NCBI GenBank assembly: GCA_045532715.1
Contig: JAZSGM010000125.1
Location: 1-37,594, forward strand
Direction of reading: 5' to 3'
Length of the DNA stretch: 37,594 nucleotides
From: Clostridia bacterium
GTDB lineage: Bacteria > Bacillota > Clostridia > UBA1381 > UMGS1253
Shown here: in pieces, positions 34,066-37,594 of the stretch
Position numbering within the stretch: position 1 is the first letter of the stretch
Layout: each line of letters begins with the position of its first letter
Made by a program: the position numbers and the translations under genes
The notes under the pieces: model-generated
Told to the model about the DNA's origin: nothing
The model's input: only the letters and a program-made list of their open reading frames with translations
Databases searched by the model: none

Positions 34066-35442
34066 TTGAAAAGAGTTTTTTATCTGCTGCTTGCATTTCT
34101 GATGCTGTGTGCAAACATATCCTACGCAGAAGATTATCTGCATTTTACCTCCGGTTCAATGCAATTAACCAATGCAATTGATACCGAAAATCTCGCAAAG
34201 CTCGGCAACATATATTATGCAACCGACACACAGGGCACACTTTTAATGACGCAGGTATTCACCAGCTGGCTGCCTGTGGGCGGCGCTCCTGCAAATGCAC
34301 GAATCATTTCCAATCACCGTGCGGATGCAGACAAACTTCTGGTTTATTCCGGCTCAATGTTATATGTTAGCTACGATGGGGCAACCTTTTCCCATGTAAA
34401 AACCTTTGCATCCGATACTGTATTGCGTTTCACCTGCGGTTTATATACTGCGGCGCACAAAACAGATGAAGGCTTTTCACTTGACTACAGCTTTGACGGT
34501 GTAACCTGGTACAGCTTCGAAACGCCTTTAACCGCTTCTGCATTCACCGTGCTTGCCATTGATGAAAACCGAATTGTTTTAAAAAATCTGCAGACAGCAA
34601 CCGGTAGCCACGATGTGCTTTTAAACAAAAGCACGCCGGAAACCTGCATATTTTTTACAAACCTTGTCTACGATGTCCAAACCGCCCTTCTGGTTGAAAG
34701 TCCGGACTACACAGGCGCAGAGCTGATTTATGCAAGCCGGACGGCGCCCGGGAAATTTCTCTATGTCTACAGCGCGCCGGCATCCAACGGCTATACCTAT
34801 CAGGTTGTCCGCACACAAAACGGAAGTCTGATCGGCAGTAGCGCTGTAACGGCAAGTGCTGATATGCAGCTGTATGTTTATGCAGATACACTCTGTCTTG
34901 CACAAAACGGCAAAAGCTTAAACTTAATCAACAACGGCGGTGATTGGATACAGGTATCAGATGATATCGCGTTTCCGCTCATCAGAAGTGCATATAACTT
35001 AACCGGTGACGTATTTTTTGACACCGGCTACACCACGCAATACTATTGCCGCAATACGACACCGATGCCTCTTGACCGTTCAGGAATAGAAGTCGTGTTA
35101 AACGGACGCTGTCTTGCATTTGACAGTGAACCTCAAATTATGAACAACCGCACAATGGTACCGGTTCGTGCCATTGCCGAAGCGCTCGGCTACACTGTTT
35201 CCTTCAACGAAGCCACGCGCGAAATCTGTTTGAAAAGTGTGGATGGCGTTTGCCTTTATATGACACTTGGCAAGCTGACTGCCCGGAAGGTGTGGGCAGA
35301 CGGTGTCAGCGCAAACTTCACTTTAGACGCCAGCCCCGTGATTGTCAATGACCGCACCTTGGTTCCGCTTCGTTTTGTCAGCGAAAACTTAGATTTAAGT
35401 GCACGTTGGATTGAAGCAACAAAAACAGTCGTACTACAATAA
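34066..35442 (+). CDS. Secreted protein with Asp-box-like motifs and a C-terminal copper-amine-oxidase N-terminal-like (stalk) domain
   Basis: Preferred start is TTG 34066, with AAGGGGGG 7 nt upstream: (M)KRVFYLLLAFLMLCANISYA is a signal peptide. SYDGATF and SFDGVTW are Asp-box/BNR-like. The C-terminal ~110 aa carry two NNRTMVPVRAIAEALG / NDRTLVPLRFVSENL repeats typical of the Cu_amine_oxidN1 domain. Confidence 0.7.
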   Translation: MKRVFYLLLAFLMLCANISYAEDYLHFTSGSMQLTNAIDTENLAKLGNIYYATDTQGTLLMTQVFTSWLPVGGAPANARIISNHRADADKLLVYSGSMLYVSYDGATFSHVKTFASDTVLRFTCGLYTAAHKTDEGFSLDYSFDGVTWYSFETPLTASAFTVLAIDENRIVLKNLQTATGSHDVLLNKSTPETCIFFTNLVYDVQTALLVESPDYTGAELIYASRTAPGKFLYVYSAPASNGYTYQVVRTQNGSLIGSSAVTASADMQLYVYADTLCLAQNGKSLNLINNGGDWIQVSDDIAFPLIRSAYNLTGDVFFDTGYTTQYYCRNTTPMPLDRSGIEVVLNGRCLAFDSEPQIMNNRTMVPVRAIAEALGYTVSFNEATREICLKSVDGVCLYMTLGKLTARKVWADGVSANFTLDASPVIVNDRTLVPLRFVSENLDLSARWIEATKTVVLQ

Positions 35443-35461
35443 AAATAAAGTGTCCGCAAAT

Positions 35462-35495
35462 AAAAAGACGATGTTCATTGAACATCGTCTTTTTT
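35462..35495. terminator. Bidirectional terminator between the convergent 34066 gene and rpoC
   Basis: 10-bp stem GACGATGTTC (35467-35476) / GAACATCGTC (35480-35489) with a 3-nt loop. A-run upstream, T6 downstream. Confidence 0.8.
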
Positions 35496-35506
35496 GATTC
35501 TGTACC

Positions 35507-37594
35507 TTAGCCAATCAGCTCGCTGCTTTTTGCAAATGCTGCATCAAATGCATCGCTCATTGCTGTGCTCTCGCCCTCGGCGCGAACATCAATGTCACGG
35601 TAAAGGCTCATACCGGTACCTGCCGGAACAAGCTTACCGATGATAACATTTTCCTTCAGACCGAGCAGCGGGTCAACCTTACCCTTGATTGCAGCTTCCG
35701 TAAGAACACGTGTTGTTTCCTGGAAGGAAGCGGCAGACAGGAAGGAATCCGTTGCAAGGGATGCCTTGGTGATACCAAGCAGAACAACACTTGCCGTTGC
35801 TTCTGTCTTACCCTCAGCTCTTGCCTTTTCATTGGCAGCCTCAAGCTCAAACATATCAATCAGGCTACCCATCAGAAGATCGGTTTCACCCGGCTCTTCC
35901 ACCTTCACCTTACGCATCATCTGACGCGCAATAACCTCGATATGCTTATCAGAAATATCAACACCCTGCAGGCGGTATACTCTCTGCACTTCCTGTGTCA
36001 GGTAGCTCTGTACCGCATCTGCGCCCTTGATTTTCAGAATATCGTGCGGGTTGATGGAACCGGAGGTCAACGGCTGACCTGCTTCGATTTCTTCACCCTC
36101 TGTTACCTTGATTCTCGCATCGTACGGAATCATATAGGTCTGGGTTTCTGCAATTGTGTCGTTGGTCACCGTAATTTCACGACGCTTCTTGTTTTCAGAG
36201 ATGCTTACCTTACCTGCAATCTCGGAAACAATTGCAACGCCCTTCGGCTTTCTTGCCTCAAACAATTCCTCGACACGCGGCAGACCCTGCGTAATATCGT
36301 CACCGGCAACACCACCACTATGGAATGTACGCATCGTCAGCTGTGTACCCGGCTCACCGATGGACTGTGCAGCGATAATACCAACAGCTTCACCTACCGG
36401 AACCGGATCACCGGTTGCGAGGTTTGCGCCATAGCAGTGTGCACAAACACCGACCGGAGACTTACAGGTAAGAATGCTGCGGATACATACTTCCTTCACG
36501 CCTGCATCCAGAATCTTAGCAACCTCATCGTCACCCATGAGCACGCCCTTGGCAACGATAACTTCGCCTGTTTCCGGATGGATTACATCCTCGTGTGTAT
36601 ATCTGCCTAAAAGTCTGTCCTTGAGCGGCTCGATTTCTTCCTTGCCGTCTACAATTGCGCTGACAATCATACCCTTTGTGGTTCCACAGTCTTCTTCGCG
36701 GATGATAACATCCTGGCTGACGTCAACCAGACGACGTGTGAGGTAACCGGAGTCGGCAGTACGCAACGCTGTATCGGCAAGACCTTTACGCGCACCGTGT
36801 GTGGAAATGAAATACTCAAGTACGTTCAGACCTTCACGGAAGTTTGCACGAATCGGAATTTCCACCGCCTTACCGGAGGTGTTTGCCATAAGACCACGCA
36901 TACCTGCCAGCTGACGAATCTGGTTTACGCTACCGCGGGCACCGGAATGTGCCATCATGTAAATCGGGTTCAGCGCATCAAGGTTATCCATCAATGCCTT
37001 CGTAACCTTATCACTGGTTTCTGTCCAAACCTTAATAATCGCATCGTATCTTTCATTGTCATTCAGCATACCGCGACGGTACTGCTTTGTAATCTTATCA
37101 ACCTGTTCTTCTGCTTCTGCAAGGTACTGCTTCTTTTCTTCCGGTACCTTGATATCGTCTACGCTGACGGTGATTGCACCCTGCGTAGAGAACTTGAAGC
37201 CCAAAGACTTAATATCGTCAAGCACGGTTGCTGTCTCGGTAAAGCCGTGTACACGGATACATCTGTCGATGATAATACCGAGCTGCTTTTTCGTTGCCAG
37301 CTTTGTAAACTCAAGCTCGAACGCATTGTCCGGGTTGCTTCTGTCTACAAAACCGAGATCCTGCGGCAGTTTTTCATTAAAGATCAACTGACCGATGGTC
37401 GCATTGATGGTTTTATGCTTCTTCTCGCCGTCGATTTCCTTTTCTACACGCACCTTAATCTTTGCATGCAGGGATATAACGCCGTTTCTGTATGCCATCA
37501 TTGCTTCATCCATACTGGAGAATACTTTACCTTCACCCGGCTCGCCATCCTTAACAAGTGTCAGGTAGTAGCTACCCAATACCATATCCTGTGT
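35507..37594 (-). CDS. rpoC: DNA-directed RNA polymerase beta' subunit, C-terminal ~695 aa (5' end lies beyond the window)
   Basis: The frame is open to the right edge. Conserved beta' regions are present ([44 protein letters not shown], trigger loop, C-terminal clamp). The track start codon at 37585 is an artefact of truncation. Confidence 0.95.
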   Translation of the reverse strand, partial: TQDMVLGSYYLTLVKDGEPGEGKVFSSMDEAMMAYRNGVISLHAKIKVRVEKEIDGEKKHKTINATIGQLIFNEKLPQDLGFVDRSNPDNAFELEFTKLATKKQLGIIIDRCIRVHGFTETATVLDDIKSLGFKFSTQGAITVSVDDIKVPEEKKQYLAEAEEQVDKITKQYRRGMLNDNERYDAIIKVWTETSDKVTKALMDNLDALNPIYMMAHSGARGSVNQIRQLAGMRGLMANTSGKAVEIPIRANFREGLNVLEYFISTHGARKGLADTALRTADSGYLTRRLVDVSQDVIIREEDCGTTKGMIVSAIVDGKEEIEPLKDRLLGRYTHEDVIHPETGEVIVAKGVLMGDDEVAKILDAGVKEVCIRSILTCKSPVGVCAHCYGANLATGDPVPVGEAVGIIAAQSIGEPGTQLTMRTFHSGGVAGDDITQGLPRVEELFEARKPKGVAIVSEIAGKVSISENKKRREITVTNDTIAETQTYMIPYDARIKVTEGEEIEAGQPLTSGSINPHDILKIKGADAVQSYLTQEVQRVYRLQGVDISDKHIEVIARQMMRKVKVEEPGETDLLMGSLIDMFELEAANEKARAEGKTEATASVVLLGITKASLATDSFLSAASFQETTRVLTEAAIKGKVDPLLGLKENVIIGKLVPAGTGMSLYRDIDVRAEGESTAMSDAFDAAFAKSSELIG

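Noticed and set aside
33689-34114. 141-aa minus-strand ORF spanning the yajC 5' half and the yajC / 34066-gene intergenic region
   Set aside because: It overlaps yajC in another frame and runs through the divergent promoter region. It has no RBS and an odd composition.

Overview
This window looks like an ordinary, mostly housekeeping stretch of a Firmicute chromosome, probably Clostridia. Supporting signs are GGAGG-type ribosome binding sites, whiA/rapZ/hprK, an SLH surface protein, a short HisG with HisZ, and roughly 28 of 32 genes on the minus strand.

Gene content from left to right:
- **Left edge:** a 21-codon gene start running off the window.
- **164-10291 (-):** a co-directional array hprK-glcK-murB-rapZ-whiA-dnaE-DUF2007-pfkA-pgsA.
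- **10385-13483 (-):** a 1032-aa protein with three SLH repeats and an acidic Pro/Glu repeat tail.
- **13627-16868:** an EamA permease, then an AraC regulator divergent from a cytoplasmic GH30 glycosidase.
- **16907-25526 (-):** a complete, tightly coupled his operon, yerC-hisZGDCBHAF-IE-J.
- **25685-30575:** an operon of a nagB-like gene, nagA and a GH20 hexosaminidase, with a divergent AraC regulator.
- **30618-32962 (-):** a lone rhaA with its own AraC regulator.
- **33024-35442:** a YrzE-like membrane protein, yajC, and a secreted protein with Asp-box-like motifs and a copper-amine-oxidase N-terminal-like domain.
- **35507-37594 (-):** the 3' two-thirds of rpoC.

I found no rRNA, tRNA, CRISPR array, prophage, toxin-antitoxin pair or recognisable defence genes. 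No intergenic gap is long enough for a T-box or large riboswitch.

I do not see convincing evidence of a new multi-gene system here. The items most worth a second look are:
- the TrpR-like yerC cistron fused to the his operon
- a GC-rich ~140-nt spacer inside that operon
- rapZ-whiA lacking the usual yvcK
- the SLH protein and its acidic tail
- a 21-bp-phased CGAAAAT repeat set in the AraC/GH30 control region

All functional calls come from reading the translated ORFs for motifs and from gene order. No database search was possible.
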